Shown here: positions 27,836-37,837 of the stretch, piece after piece
Position numbering within the stretch: position 1 is the first letter of the stretch
Layout: every line of letters begins with the position of its first letter
Assembly: GCA_027491785.1 (NCBI GenBank)
Contig: JAOZGJ010000040.1
Coordinates: forward strand, 630 to 64,629
Length of the DNA: 64,000 bases
Direction: 5' to 3'
Source of the DNA: Thermoproteota archaeon
GTDB taxonomy: Archaea; Korarchaeota; Korarchaeia; Korarchaeales; Korarchaeaceae
Made by a program: the position numbers and the translations under genes
Notes under the pieces: model-generated
The model's input: the letters and a program-made list of their open reading frames with translations, nothing else
Databases searched by the model: none
What the model was told of the DNA's origin: nothing

Positions 27836-28747
27836 ATGTATAGTGGAGATTTAAGGAAAATCCTCAAAGGTAAAATCCCAGAGAAGTATATAAATAAACT
27901 CATAGAGAGGGATATAACGTTAAAAGATTTAATGACGCTCTCCGAGGTAGAATTGTCGGAAGAATTGCATTTAGATAGAGCGGAGGCAAATATGATTCTA
28001 GAAGCTGTATCATCTTTAAATAAACCGGTAACAGCAGATAAACTTCTTGAGGAGAAGAAGGCTATACTAAAGACGGGTATAAGGGATCTCGATAAACTAC
28101 TAGAAGGAGGCTTACCGTTAGGTACAATTAATGGATTTTATGGTCCCCCGGGTTCTGGTAAAACCCAGCTCTCTTTGCATCTTGCTGCTAGGGCTTTGTT
28201 AGATGAACGTGTAGGAGGTTTATCGGCAAAAGAGGCGGTAATCATAGACACAGAAGCAACGTTCAATTCCTCGAGAATGCTGACATTTCTTGTAAGTAAT
28301 GGATTAAAGAGAACTTACCTATCTAAAATAAGGGTATTTAGTGCCCCTGGATCTCATCAACTTAGATCCGCACTTCGATTAACTTTAGAATCCGTTAAGG
28401 GGGGTTCGGTGAAATTCGTATGCATAGATTCTATATCCAGCCCTTTCTCAGCTTATAAAGGACTTAGAGATCTACCTAGGAAACAGCAAGAATTACAGGA
28501 AATACTGTCCGTAATAAAGAGAATGGCTTATTACGATACTGTTGTAATCCTCACCATTCATGCAGTCAGATGGAAGGAGAGTGTGATCTCTAAGGGGGGA
28601 TTCGTGCTAGGTCATGTTCCCCATAACATGCTATACCTGAGACGAACAAAGGGTAACATAGTGATAGTCACCCTAGAAGATTCCTCCTATCTTCCTCGAG
28701 GCCAAGCAGCTTTTAAGATAACTGAATATGGATTAGAAGACGTCTGA
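27836..28747 (+). CDS. RadA paralog (N-terminal HhH plus RecA ATPase)
   Basis: TGIRDLDKLLEGG, GPPGSGKTQ, IDTEATF, CIDSIS and DSSYLPRGQAAFKITEYGLED motifs; divergent from canonical RadA. Confidence 0.88.
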   Translation: MYSGDLRKILKGKIPEKYINKLIERDITLKDLMTLSEVELSEELHLDRAEANMILEAVSSLNKPVTADKLLEEKKAILKTGIRDLDKLLEGGLPLGTINGFYGPPGSGKTQLSLHLAARALLDERVGGLSAKEAVIIDTEATFNSSRMLTFLVSNGLKRTYLSKIRVFSAPGSHQLRSALRLTLESVKGGSVKFVCIDSISSPFSAYKGLRDLPRKQQELQEILSVIKRMAYYDTVVILTIHAVRWKESVISKGGFVLGHVPHNMLYLRRTKGNIVIVTLEDSSYLPRGQAAFKITEYGLEDV

Positions 28748-28804
28748 TACTCCATCTTAAAATTAAATTAAAAACATTTGAATTCCTAACGGAGGTGGTA
28801 TGTC

Positions 28805-29236
28805 ATGTCATATGAAGTTCCAGATGACAGGTACTATACAAAGACTCATGAATGGGTTAAGCTGGAAGATGAGAGAGCTGTTATCGGGCTTACCTCTTAT
28901 GCGGTAGAAGAATTAGGGGATATAACCTATCTAGAGGTTAAATCCATAGGTTCATTTGTTCATCAGGGCGAACCTATAGGTCTCGTGGAGAGCAGCAAGA
29001 CTACGGAGAAGATATACTCTCCAGTTTCAGGAGAGGTTTTAGAGATAAACAAGGATGCTGGTGTGGTAGTTGAAGGTAGTGATGAAATACCTATGGGATT
29101 AGAGGTAATATCAGAGGATCCGTATGAAAGGGGGTGGATAGCTAAGCTCTCAGTAAAGGGTAGCCTCGAAGATGAACTGAGAAATCTCTTGAAACCTGAG
29201 GAGTATAGAAAGCTAATTACGGAGGAAAACGCCTAG
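28805..29236 (+). CDS. gcvH: glycine cleavage system H protein
   Basis: YTKTHEWV, ELGDITY, VESSK (lipoyl Lys) and DPYERGWI motifs. Confidence 0.95.
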   Translation: MSYEVPDDRYYTKTHEWVKLEDERAVIGLTSYAVEELGDITYLEVKSIGSFVHQGEPIGLVESSKTTEKIYSPVSGEVLEINKDAGVVVEGSDEIPMGLEVISEDPYERGWIAKLSVKGSLEDELRNLLKPEEYRKLITEENA

Positions 29237-29237
29237 G

Positions 29238-30422
29238 ATGGTAGATATAGTAAAATCGATTAAGGATCCCATACATGGATACATAGGGCTTACTTCATTA
29301 GAGCTACAGCTGATAGATACACTCCCTCTGCAGAGATTAAGGAGGATAAAGCAACTTCCCGGCTCTGAATATGTTTATCCAGGGGCTATGAATACTCGGT
29401 TTGAGCATTCACTTGGTGTTATGCACTTGGCAGGTCTTATGGGGAATAAGCTTTCTACTAATGAGGATACCATTATATTACTAAGGATAGCAGGCCTCCT
29501 TCACGATATAGGACACGGACCCTTCTCCCATTCCTTTGAACCAATACTTAATACTTTTTTAAGGGTTTCTCATGAGGAAATGGGTGCTATTCTCATAGAG
29601 AATACCGTGGTATCCGATATATTAGGTAGGAATGGAATTGATACCAATGACGTAACGGACCTAATACTGGGGAGGTATAAAAGAAAAAGCCTTTCTAGGG
29701 TGATAAACTCATCTATAGACGCAGATAAAATGGATTATATTGTAAGAGACTCCTATCATACAGGAGCTGGATATTCCGTGGATATTCGTAGAATAGCCAT
29801 GAACGCAATGGATATCGATGGAGATCTAGCGATCAATGCGAGGGCTCTGGAAGCAATAGAATCTCTACTAATGGCAAGGCTCCTATCTTTTAGAACTATA
29901 TACTATCACAAGACGTCTAGGGCTGTTCAATTGATGCTTGAAAGGGCTATGGCACTGGTTGTAAGAGAGATGGACCTGAACCTGAACGATATATTAGAGA
30001 ATCCTGATTTTTACTTGAATTTAGATGACTATACCATGTGGGAGATCCTTAGAAAGAACGAGAAGAGCAAGGATATCATGAAGAAGCTCATGAGAAGGCA
30101 CATTCTCAAAGTAGCTGGAGAATGGTATGGGAGATCCTTATCACCAAAGCAAGTAGATCGGCTTAGAGGCATTATTTCCGATATATCAGGAGTTCCTGAG
30201 GACTATATAGTTATAGATTCTCCTAAAATAAAGTTCATAAAATCAACAGATCTTCCCCTGCTATGGAGAGATGGAGAATTAATAAACCCTCTAGATGCCT
30301 CCCCTGTGTTAAGTAAGCTCAAGGACCTGCTTCCTTCGATGATTCGCATATATACTTGGCCTAAATATAGAAGCAAATTAAAAGATATTTTAAGAAATAA
30401 GAACGTAGGGGACTTTCTGTAA
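29238..30422 (+). CDS. HD-domain phosphohydrolase (SAMHD1/dNTPase-like)
   Basis: DPIHGYI, QRLRRIKQL, RFEHSLGV, LLHDIGHGPFSH and DADKMDYIVRD motifs. Confidence 0.93.
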   Translation: MVDIVKSIKDPIHGYIGLTSLELQLIDTLPLQRLRRIKQLPGSEYVYPGAMNTRFEHSLGVMHLAGLMGNKLSTNEDTIILLRIAGLLHDIGHGPFSHSFEPILNTFLRVSHEEMGAILIENTVVSDILGRNGIDTNDVTDLILGRYKRKSLSRVINSSIDADKMDYIVRDSYHTGAGYSVDIRRIAMNAMDIDGDLAINARALEAIESLLMARLLSFRTIYYHKTSRAVQLMLERAMALVVREMDLNLNDILENPDFYLNLDDYTMWEILRKNEKSKDIMKKLMRRHILKVAGEWYGRSLSPKQVDRLRGIISDISGVPEDYIVIDSPKIKFIKSTDLPLLWRDGELINPLDASPVLSKLKDLLPSMIRIYTWPKYRSKLKDILRNKNVGDFL

Positions 30423-30511
30423 TAAGGAAAATTGCCTATCTAATAGTAAAATTGACTCATTTACCTTAATTTTAATTTTCTTACTATATTTATTTTAGAG
30501 ATAAGTAGGAG

Positions 30512-31039
30512 GTGAGCAGCGTTCTCACAAAGGAGTATATAATTTGTGGAGAGAGCTGTAGAAAGGTTATTTCCATGACGCTTATCGGTTTATCGAGGCT
30601 CCATGGCCTTCATGAGGAAAGAGAACTATGGTCGGGTTCTACACCAGAACTGAGGAGAGGATTCGTCTCCTATGAAGTACTAAAGCAGCGTGAAGGCAAA
30701 AAATCTGTACCATTTCAAGGAAGTAATGCGATTGAGCAAGTAGTGAAAGTTCTTCATGGTCCTGAAGATCCTACCGGAGTATTGTATCGGTTTAAGATAA
30801 CCCTAGGCTATTATTATATGAGTCAGGGAAGGGTAATCCACCTCAAAAGGGATGTATATAGAATGCATCTTAGAGGGATAAAGAAAGGTGCCATAGCTTC
30901 CTTATCACTGGAGAAAGGATTATCTAGGATGGGTTATGATGAATTGATCTCCAGGATAATTAACAAAGCTAAAGAGTCAAGTTGGGAATCTAAGCTTACC
31001 TATGCCTCTTTTCCTGATGAGTTAAGCTCTTGTAGATAG
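30512..31039 (+). CDS. hypothetical protein
   Basis: 175-aa ORF with genome-typical codon use; no recognised motif. Confidence 0.6.
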   Translation: MSSVLTKEYIICGESCRKVISMTLIGLSRLHGLHEERELWSGSTPELRRGFVSYEVLKQREGKKSVPFQGSNAIEQVVKVLHGPEDPTGVLYRFKITLGYYYMSQGRVIHLKRDVYRMHLRGIKKGAIASLSLEKGLSRMGYDELISRIINKAKESSWESKLTYASFPDELSSCR

Positions 31040-31376
31040 AGCTTGCTTTATCTATGGCATCAAGTAGAGAATTTATCCTCTCTATCCTTTCATTACTTAG
31101 CTCCTCTTTTGCTTCATAGATTTCTCTTTCAAGATATCTAACTAAATCTCCGATTATTTTTTCTAATATTAGCTTCTGTTTTTCAATCTTGACATCTTCC
31201 TCTGACTGAACTAATATTACCTTAGTGCCACAGACCGCGCAGACAACTTCTCCTCCAGGAGTTTCAAATAAAGGAGAACCGCAAACTGGACAAGTTTCAG
31301 GAAGCATCCTCCATCCTTTAAGTAATGCCTCAGCAAGTCTCTTGCTTCTCTCCTCACGGGATATCTCATCGCTCAT
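30996..31376 (-). CDS. UPF0148 / Sjogren autoantigen p27-like zinc-ribbon protein
   Basis: LLKGWRMLPETCPVCGSPLF...VCAVC followed by a coiled coil. Confidence 0.88.
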   Translation of the reverse strand: MSDEISREERSKRLAEALLKGWRMLPETCPVCGSPLFETPGGEVVCAVCGTKVILVQSEEDVKIEKQKLILEKIIGDLVRYLEREIYEAKEELSNERIERINSLLDAIDKASSIYKSLTHQEKRHR

Positions 31377-31469
31377 TCGAAGGATGAACCTCCGTATTTA
31401 TTAGGTATGATAATAATTTTTAAGTCGATGTAGGATAGATCCATGATAACTGTTTGGAGGTGTTCGATT

Positions 31470-31754
31470 ATGGCTACGAAGAGGGCTCAGAAGATAAGAG
31501 AATATGAGCAATTTCTCTCTGAAGCCATTCAAAGGCTAGATAGAATATCCCAAGATCGGAGTGTTCCTAGGAACATAAGAAGGGCAACTACAGAAGCTAT
31601 AGAATCTTTAAAAGATGAAAATTTCACTTATGGCGTAAGAGCTAACAAAGCTATATCTATACTAAATGATATTGTAAATGATATAAATATGCCCTTCCCT
31701 ACAAGATCCGAGATACTATTAATAATAGGTTTGTTGGAGAGAATAAGGGACTAG
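31470..31754 (+). CDS. UPF0147 family protein
   Basis: DRSVPRNIRRA, RANKAISIL and DINMPFPTRSEI motifs. Confidence 0.92.
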   Translation: MATKRAQKIREYEQFLSEAIQRLDRISQDRSVPRNIRRATTEAIESLKDENFTYGVRANKAISILNDIVNDINMPFPTRSEILLIIGLLERIRD

Positions 31755-32509
31755 GAAGTCCCCCTATATTTCTCACATAGGAGGGAGAGAATCGTACTTT
31801 TGAGTAGGATATTCTCCCATAATACTGTATTGGTATCTAAATTCCTTGCTTGCATCAACCGCCTTAAATCAGATATTGAAGATAAAGAGTAAGAGAGTAG
31901 ACTAGCCAGTTCCTCTGCCACGATTCCCTCGCTCATTATTACCACTAATTTCGAAAATCCATTGAGGACTTGTTCTAATAGTGGCTTATAATCACGAGTA
32001 TCATTTATGAGAGCTTCTAGCTTTTTTATTACCTGATTAATCATATCCACATAAATGGAAGTCCTTTCCTCACTAATCCTCTCATGAGGATTGCAACAAA
32101 TTTGGATAGATTCTATAATTGTCTCAAGCATGCTACTGATTATGCTAAGTTCTCTAGACAGCTTAGCCTTATCTAAAGGCCTGCTTCCTACCTCGCTGAG
32201 GAGCCTATCACGAGCCCACTTAAGCTGGAGTTCGAATTCTTTTGTCCTAGAGGAAAGATCTAATAGCTCCTTTTTAAGTTTAGCAATGGCCTGAGGTCCA
32301 TATTCCTCTAGAAATGATATAAATGATTGTTTATCTACTTCCGCGAGCTCTAATAGACCATCGGGGATGTCCATAGATAGGTCATCGAAACACCTTATTC
32401 CAGATCTATCTAGAAGATCTGCTAGCTTTCTTCCTTTTTCTTTACCAAAGTAAATCTCAAGTGAGCTTAGGAGATAATCAGAGATACCTCTCCTGCTTCT
32501 ACTTTTCAT
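31751..32509 (-). CDS. hypothetical alpha-helical/coiled-coil protein
   Basis: 252-aa ORF downstream of tRNA-Phe; helical character; no recognised family. Confidence 0.6.
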   Translation of the reverse strand: MKSRSRRGISDYLLSSLEIYFGKEKGRKLADLLDRSGIRCFDDLSMDIPDGLLELAEVDKQSFISFLEEYGPQAIAKLKKELLDLSSRTKEFELQLKWARDRLLSEVGSRPLDKAKLSRELSIISSMLETIIESIQICCNPHERISEERTSIYVDMINQVIKKLEALINDTRDYKPLLEQVLNGFSKLVVIMSEGIVAEELASLLSYSLSSISDLRRLMQARNLDTNTVLWENILLKSTILSLLCEKYRGTS

Positions 32510-32527
32510 TATATCATCCCTAAAGAG

Positions 32528-32599
32528 TGCCGGGGGAGGGATTTGAACCCTCGACCTTCCGGTCTTCAGCCGGACGCTCTCCCCCTGAGCTACCCCGGC
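32528..32599 (-). tRNA. tRNA-Phe(GAA)
   Basis: GCCGGGG/CCCCGGC acceptor stem; loop CT GAA GA. Confidence 0.96.
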
Positions 32600-32609
32600 A
32601 TTAGTTGGA

Positions 32610-32682
32610 TGGACCGGGGGGGACTCGAACCCCCGACCTCCCGCATGCCAAGCGGGCGCGCTACCATCTGCGCCACCGGCCC
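32610..32682 (-). tRNA. tRNA-Ala(GGC)
   Basis: G3:U70; loop TT GGC AT. Confidence 0.96.
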
Positions 32683-32778
32683 ACTAACTCATCTCATTAT
32701 AGAATTTTAATCTTTCCCCTCCAAGAAATATAAAGCTCACGAGCAGCTCTCCTAATGAATAAGGGATAAAAGAGTTCT

Positions 32779-32970
32779 CTAGACGACTCTGATACCTTTC
32801 CATCTGACCTTATTTGACCAAGAATATCTCCTCATCTTCTTGCTTTTACCGAAACCGCAAGCTGCACAATAGCCTTTCTTTACATTGTAAGCATGCCTCC
32901 CACATCTCCTACACCTTATATGTGTCCTATGTCTTCCCTTCTTTCCCATGGATGGAGTTCCCTTCGTCAT
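32779..32970 (-). CDS. rpl37e: 50S ribosomal protein L37e
   Basis: [10 protein letters not shown]...CRRCGR...CAACGFG. Confidence 0.98.
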   Translation of the reverse strand: MTKGTPSMGKKGRHRTHIRCRRCGRHAYNVKKGYCAACGFGKSKKMRRYSWSNKVRWKGIRVV

Positions 32971-32982
32971 AAGGCCTCCCCT

Positions 32983-33237
32983 TTATTCCTCCAGCTCCTC
33001 TATCTTCGGAGTAGATATGGCTATTACATTGTCACCTCTTATTAAAACTCTTTTACCTATACTGTTCTGCTTGGTCTCGCCATCAGGTGATGTATAGATC
33101 TCCTCAGCATTGTCTAGGATTAGGTTGAGATGATTGTCATAAGATCTTAAAATGCCCCTTATAAATACTCCGTTTTTTAGAGATACCAGTATGCTTGTAT
33201 TCATGCTCTTTGAGAGATACCTCATCGCGCTGGACAT
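32983..33237 (-). CDS. Sm-like archaeal protein (SmAP/Lsm)
   Basis: GILRSYDNHLNLILDNAEE and IRGDNV motifs; conserved Sm-rpl37e pair. Confidence 0.95.
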   Translation of the reverse strand: MSSAMRYLSKSMNTSILVSLKNGVFIRGILRSYDNHLNLILDNAEEIYTSPDGETKQNSIGKRVLIRGDNVIAISTPKIEELEE

Positions 33238-33480
33238 AGTCGCTCCCTCTAGACAATTAATTAGTAGCCCTTTCCTTTTAAATAGCTTATGGATAGAAGG
33301 GATTTCGCGCTCCTCATGAGTAGTACAATCCTCAGCAGAGGTAGTTGCGCATTAGATAGTGCACTAAGCAGTTGCATACGATTGAGAAAAGGAAAGAGCA
33401 CTCTCGATGCTTGTAGTCGAGTAGCCTTTAAATACGTGTTAAGGGTGAATAGATGAAATAAGAGCTAGGGGGTCTGGACA

Positions 33481-33882
33481 TTGGGTTTCTTTAAGAAACT
33501 TTTTGGTAAAGGAGAGGAAGATCAAGAAGAAGATATAGAAGAGGGTATTGAAGAGGAGCCCGGTTATGAGGATCTTGATTATGAGGTAGAACCGACCAGA
33601 GCTAAAGTTCTATCAGAAAAAGCTATTACAGTGAAGCCTATGAACCTTAGAAATGCAGAAGATGTGGAACAAGTACTTAATGAGATAAGTGAAGGTAATA
33701 TTATCCTCCTGAGATATGAAGACCTAGCCGCAGAGGGAGAGGAGAAGCTTAGATTCATAATACAGAGATTAAAAGAGAGAGTATTGGAAATGGGAGGGGA
33801 CTTAGTTCTCATAAAAGATAGAGGATCCCCGCCAATACTTATAGTACCTAGATTCGTTGAGATTTGGAGGAGCCCAGAGTAA
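33481..33882 (+). CDS. sepF: cell division protein SepF
   Basis: N-terminal amphipathic MGFFKKLFG; core DVEQVLNEISEGNIILL...MGGDLVLI...ILIVP. Confidence 0.9.
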   Translation: MGFFKKLFGKGEEDQEEDIEEGIEEEPGYEDLDYEVEPTRAKVLSEKAITVKPMNLRNAEDVEQVLNEISEGNIILLRYEDLAAEGEEKLRFIIQRLKERVLEMGGDLVLIKDRGSPPILIVPRFVEIWRSPE

Positions 33883-33901
33883 ACTCCTTCCTCATCTCGT
33901 T

Positions 33902-35797
33902 TTATGCCAGCTTAAAGGTCTCCCCTACGTGAGGGGAGGAGAATCTCATTCCACTTATGCTTTTATGGGCTAATGGCATAAAGGATCTGATCTTGCTTTC
34001 CTCTCCATGAACTAGGAAAACCCTATGTGGCCTAGGTTCTATTGTATTTAGGTAGGTGAGAAGCTGAACTTTATCAGCATGCGCTGAGAATCCTTCTACG
34101 ACATGTACTCTAGCCTTAACTTTTATTGTAACGAGCTCTCCCTCCTCATTTGGAACCCTTATCTCCTTAGCTCCTTCCCTAATCTTCCTTCCTAGGGTGC
34201 CCTCTGCTTGATAGCTTACTAAAACGATAGAATTGCTTTCATTGGGGGCCATTAGCCTGAGATACTCAACGCTTGGCCCGCCGGTCAGCATTCCTGATGG
34301 AGCTATTATAACGGCTGGTCCACCAGTAGTTACATCTGGTCTCTCGTCGGGGCTCCCTATGAAATTGAAATGCGGATCTGTAAATGGATCCTTATCCTCC
34401 TTAAAGACTCTATTTCTCACATAGGATGATAGATAATCAGGATAGGCTGAATGAATGGCCGTAGAGTCGTAGATCATTCCATCCAAGTATATGGGAACAT
34501 CAGGTAATTCTCCCCTCTTGAAACCATCTACCATGGAAAGCATTATTTCTTGAGCTCTTCCTACAGCTAGTGCTGGGATGAGGACCTTGCCTCCTCTTTC
34601 CGTAGTTTCTCTTATTATTGAGAAGAGATAGTCTTCCGCTTCTTTTAGGCTAGGAAGCACGTCGCTTTCTCCGCAGTATGTACATTCCATTATGAGGGCT
34701 TCAACTCTAGGGAATCTTCTAATAGCCTTATCTAAAAGCTTGGTGTCTCTATACCTGAAATCTCCGGTATAAAGTATGTTATATCTAGCGCTTTCTATGT
34801 TTAAATGTGCTAAACTAGATCCTAGAATATGCCCTGCATTGTAAAGCGTTAGCTTTATGTCGGGTGATATATCAACGGTCTCTCCATAATCTAAAGTTAT
34901 CATATGGTTCATGAGATTTACGACATCTCTCCATGAGAAGAAAGGGGTAATCCCCATTTTCTGGGATAAATTCAGGTAATCGTAGAGTAGAAGCATTATT
35001 AGGTCTCTAGTCGGCTTGGTCAGATATACAGGACCCCTATATCCATACTTGAAAAGGAGAGGTAGAGCTCCGGAATGATCTAGGTGGGCGTGAGTAACTA
35101 CGATGGCATCCAAATCATCTAGCCTGAAAGCCGGATGATCGAATCTAGGAAACGGGTTCTTTCCTCCTACACTTATGCCGCTATCAAGCAGTACTGTGCT
35201 TTCATTTGTGTTCACCAGTATGGCACTCCTGCCTACCTCCCTTGCTGCTCCTAAAAACGTAAGGAAGAGCCCCCTATTTCCTCCAATAGGAGACCTATAT
35301 ATCCTTGCGGACATTTTTCTTAGGATTTTCTTCCTATCTACTGATCCCGAAATGAGTATGCTGTAGAAGGTATCTAGAAAGGTTGATTTTATTGTAGGTG
35401 CCCTTATTATAATTGGTCTCCAACCGGTCTCCTTCAATATCTCTAGGATATTAGAGCCCCCCTTTCCAACTACATATCCCGTCCTCTTTGCAATTATATA
35501 GACCTCATTTGTTTCTCGAACGAATTTTATATCGGTTATCTCGGCTTTCTGAGGTACTAATTTTCTTATGAATTCCTTTGTCGAGCTTTCATCTTTCAAT
35601 GGCTTAGAAGCGAGCACTATTATTTTCTTTTTCAAAGTTTTTGCTGCATTTGTAATGGCATCTGGTATGTTCAAGATCTCCTTTGGATTTTCAGCATAGA
35701 TCACCACGAAAGGACCTTCCAACTCAACCCTAGTAATTTTAGTATAGCTAGATAGATGCTCCTTAACTCTTTTCTTTAATTGCTCAGCTGGTTGCAA
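33902..35797 (-). CDS. fttA: aCPSF1/FttA beta-CASP ribonuclease (KH-MBL)
   Basis: Two KH domains; LGAAREVGRS, THAHLDH, AGHILGS and GFSAHAD motifs. Confidence 0.96.
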   Translation of the reverse strand: MQPAEQLKKRVKEHLSSYTKITRVELEGPFVVIYAENPKEILNIPDAITNAAKTLKKKIIVLASKPLKDESSTKEFIRKLVPQKAEITDIKFVRETNEVYIIAKRTGYVVGKGGSNILEILKETGWRPIIIRAPTIKSTFLDTFYSILISGSVDRKKILRKMSARIYRSPIGGNRGLFLTFLGAAREVGRSAILVNTNESTVLLDSGISVGGKNPFPRFDHPAFRLDDLDAIVVTHAHLDHSGALPLLFKYGYRGPVYLTKPTRDLIMLLLYDYLNLSQKMGITPFFSWRDVVNLMNHMITLDYGETVDISPDIKLTLYNAGHILGSSLAHLNIESARYNILYTGDFRYRDTKLLDKAIRRFPRVEALIMECTYCGESDVLPSLKEAEDYLFSIIRETTERGGKVLIPALAVGRAQEIMLSMVDGFKRGELPDVPIYLDGMIYDSTAIHSAYPDYLSSYVRNRVFKEDKDPFTDPHFNFIGSPDERPDVTTGGPAVIIAPSGMLTGGPSVEYLRLMAPNESNSIVLVSYQAEGTLGRKIREGAKEIRVPNEEGELVTIKVKARVHVVEGFSAHADKVQLLTYLNTIEPRPHRVFLVHGEESKIRSFMPLAHKSISGMRFSSPHVGETFKLA

Positions 35798-35813
35798 TTA
35801 GAGCGACACCCCT

Positions 35814-36494
35814 TCACTTAGAAAGCTCTTTCCACAGTTTAGACACTTCTTCTTTAGGTAGAAACACCACTCCCCTCTCTTTATCTACAATCACAACATC
35901 AATACCATCACCAGTCGCAGAATCTCGAGACAGAGCAGCTATCATTCCAGATAATATGAGCCTGATCGCTTTTTCTCTGCTCATTTTAGGAGAATACCCT
36001 TCCTCGATGACTGAAATTGCTACAGGAGATCCAGATCCTGTTGCAAGATAGTCCTCCTCCGTTACCGTTCCAAAGAAGTCCACATTGAATAAATGGGAAC
36101 CATCTTCATCAATGCCTCCAACTATGAGGTGGGCCATTAAATAATAAGGACGGTAATTCCTGAGTAAAATTGATAGAAGCTTAGCCATCCCCTTTATCTT
36201 AAGGGGCCTATCCGTGTCAAGTCGATAAAGTTCGGCTGTCGCTATTATTTGGTTCACTAAGTACTGGCCGTCAGCAACTAACCCTGAAATAGTGGCAACA
36301 GCATAGTCTGTTAGTTTTATTGTCTTAACCGCTCTCTTACTAGCTACAAAGGTTCCACTGGTGGCCCTCTTATCTGATGCTATCACTACACCGTTCTCAA
36401 ATTTGGCTCCTAATGTTGTTGTTCCCTTAAGCAAGCCCTTTAACTCCTTGGAAAGGTCTAAGGGCCCACCCTTAATTTCCATATCCCTATACAT
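35814..36494 (-). CDS. psmB: proteasome beta subunit
   Basis: Propeptide followed by KG|TTTLG; DKRAT, GSGS and RDSATGDG motifs. Confidence 0.97.
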   Translation of the reverse strand: MYRDMEIKGGPLDLSKELKGLLKGTTTLGAKFENGVVIASDKRATSGTFVASKRAVKTIKLTDYAVATISGLVADGQYLVNQIIATAELYRLDTDRPLKIKGMAKLLSILLRNYRPYYLMAHLIVGGIDEDGSHLFNVDFFGTVTEEDYLATGSGSPVAISVIEEGYSPKMSREKAIRLILSGMIAALSRDSATGDGIDVVIVDKERGVVFLPKEEVSKLWKELSK

Positions 36495-36589
36495 ACAACC
36501 ACCTTATCTAGAAATAATAATTGAGAGACCCTTTTTATATGTCATAATCGAATTAAAAGGATTCTGTTGAATCACGTAGGTGCATCCTA

Positions 36590-37036
36590 ATGCCTAACGA
36601 TGAAATATTAAGTCTTGCTCCTTCGCGATTAGCTTCTAAGGGGTTTAAGTTTGTCTTTGAAGGAATTTCAGAATCGTGTAAGAGATGTAAACTAAGGGCT
36701 GCATGTGTAGATGGTTTAGATGAGAAAAGAGTATATGAGGTAACGGATATTAATTGGAAGAAGAAATTCAAATGTCCTCTTCACGGAGAAGTCGTGCTGG
36801 TTACCTTAAGGAAAGCTCATCTAAGATTAGCTCTTCCTCCTGGCCTTATAGAAGGCGTCATCACCCAGTACAAACCTATAGAATGTGAGAATGTTTTATG
36901 TAAAAACTTTCCATATTGCCATCCCAATGGAATAAAACTAGGAGATAGAATAAGAATAGTGAAGGAAATAGGTCGATTAGAAGGAGGATGCGATAAAGTA
37001 GAGAGCTACAGGATATATGAAGTGGAGGTGAAGTAG
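36590..37036 (+). CDS. UPF0179 family Cys-rich protein
   Basis: CKRCKLRAAC, CPLHGEV and CENVLCKNFPYCHP motifs. Confidence 0.88.
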   Translation: MPNDEILSLAPSRLASKGFKFVFEGISESCKRCKLRAACVDGLDEKRVYEVTDINWKKKFKCPLHGEVVLVTLRKAHLRLALPPGLIEGVITQYKPIECENVLCKNFPYCHPNGIKLGDRIRIVKEIGRLEGGCDKVESYRIYEVEVK

Positions 37037-37061
37037 CTGATTTACCTTCCTATAGCTACCA

Positions 37062-37781
37062 CTACTCTTCACTGGACAGTTCCTCCGACTTTTCTTCCTT
37101 TCTAGGTATTTCGAACTCCTCTAAGAATATAACCTTCTTAATGCCCTCAACGTGCCTCATAATGAGTGAGAGAGATCTTATCTTTCTTGAGTAGGCGTCT
37201 CTCAGTACATACGCCTTAGATGGTAGTTCAACAGTGACAGCCCCTTCCTCATTCTTTTCTATCTTTATATCCTCTAAAGGAACGTCAAAAGAATCCGCTA
37301 CTATAGATCTAACCTTTTCTAGCTCATCTTCTACCCTTTTCACTATCTCTCCTTCTACTAGGATTTTCTTACCAGCCAATGGATGATTGAAATCCACAGT
37401 AACTCTTCCTCCAGTAATTGACTGAATTATACCGCTTTGTCTATCTATTTGAACTATTTCTCCTACCCGTGGTTGTATACCCTCCCTCTCGAGCCTCTTT
37501 ATAGAGTATACTCTAACCTTTCCCCTATCGTAGTTGCCATAGGCGTCCTCTGGATTCAACTCTAATTCGAATTTCTCTCCCTCTTCTAGCTTTAATACCT
37601 TCTCCATAACTTTAGGAAAGAGGTCGGCCTCCCCTGGTATAACTAGGATCGGTAAATACGTAGATTTCTCGGAGTAAATCCCATTCTCCTTCGCTACTTC
37701 TTCCTTAGTTGTCTGGTATACACGACCAGTCTTCGCATCCTTAACTGTTATATTGACTAGAATGAATGGTTTGTCAGCCAA
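37062..37781 (-). CDS. long-type FKBP peptidyl-prolyl isomerase
   Basis: PEDAYG and GRVTVDFNHPLAGK motifs; C-terminal extension. Confidence 0.93.
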   Translation of the reverse strand: MADKPFILVNITVKDAKTGRVYQTTKEEVAKENGIYSEKSTYLPILVIPGEADLFPKVMEKVLKLEEGEKFELELNPEDAYGNYDRGKVRVYSIKRLEREGIQPRVGEIVQIDRQSGIIQSITGGRVTVDFNHPLAGKKILVEGEIVKRVEDELEKVRSIVADSFDVPLEDIKIEKNEEGAVTVELPSKAYVLRDAYSRKIRSLSLIMRHVEGIKKVIFLEEFEIPRKEEKSEELSSEE

Positions 37782-37837
37782 TCCTAAACACCAGGTGTGA
37801 ATGATGTATTAGTATAATAAATTGACTTGATATCAGC

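Noticed and set aside
29040-29110. Short insertion in GcvH
   Set aside because: The lipoyl-Lys and flanking motifs are intact; most likely a surface-loop variant.
33290-33425. Possible ncRNA between Sm and sepF
   Set aside because: Only short hairpins; no ordered C/D boxes or H/ACA signature.
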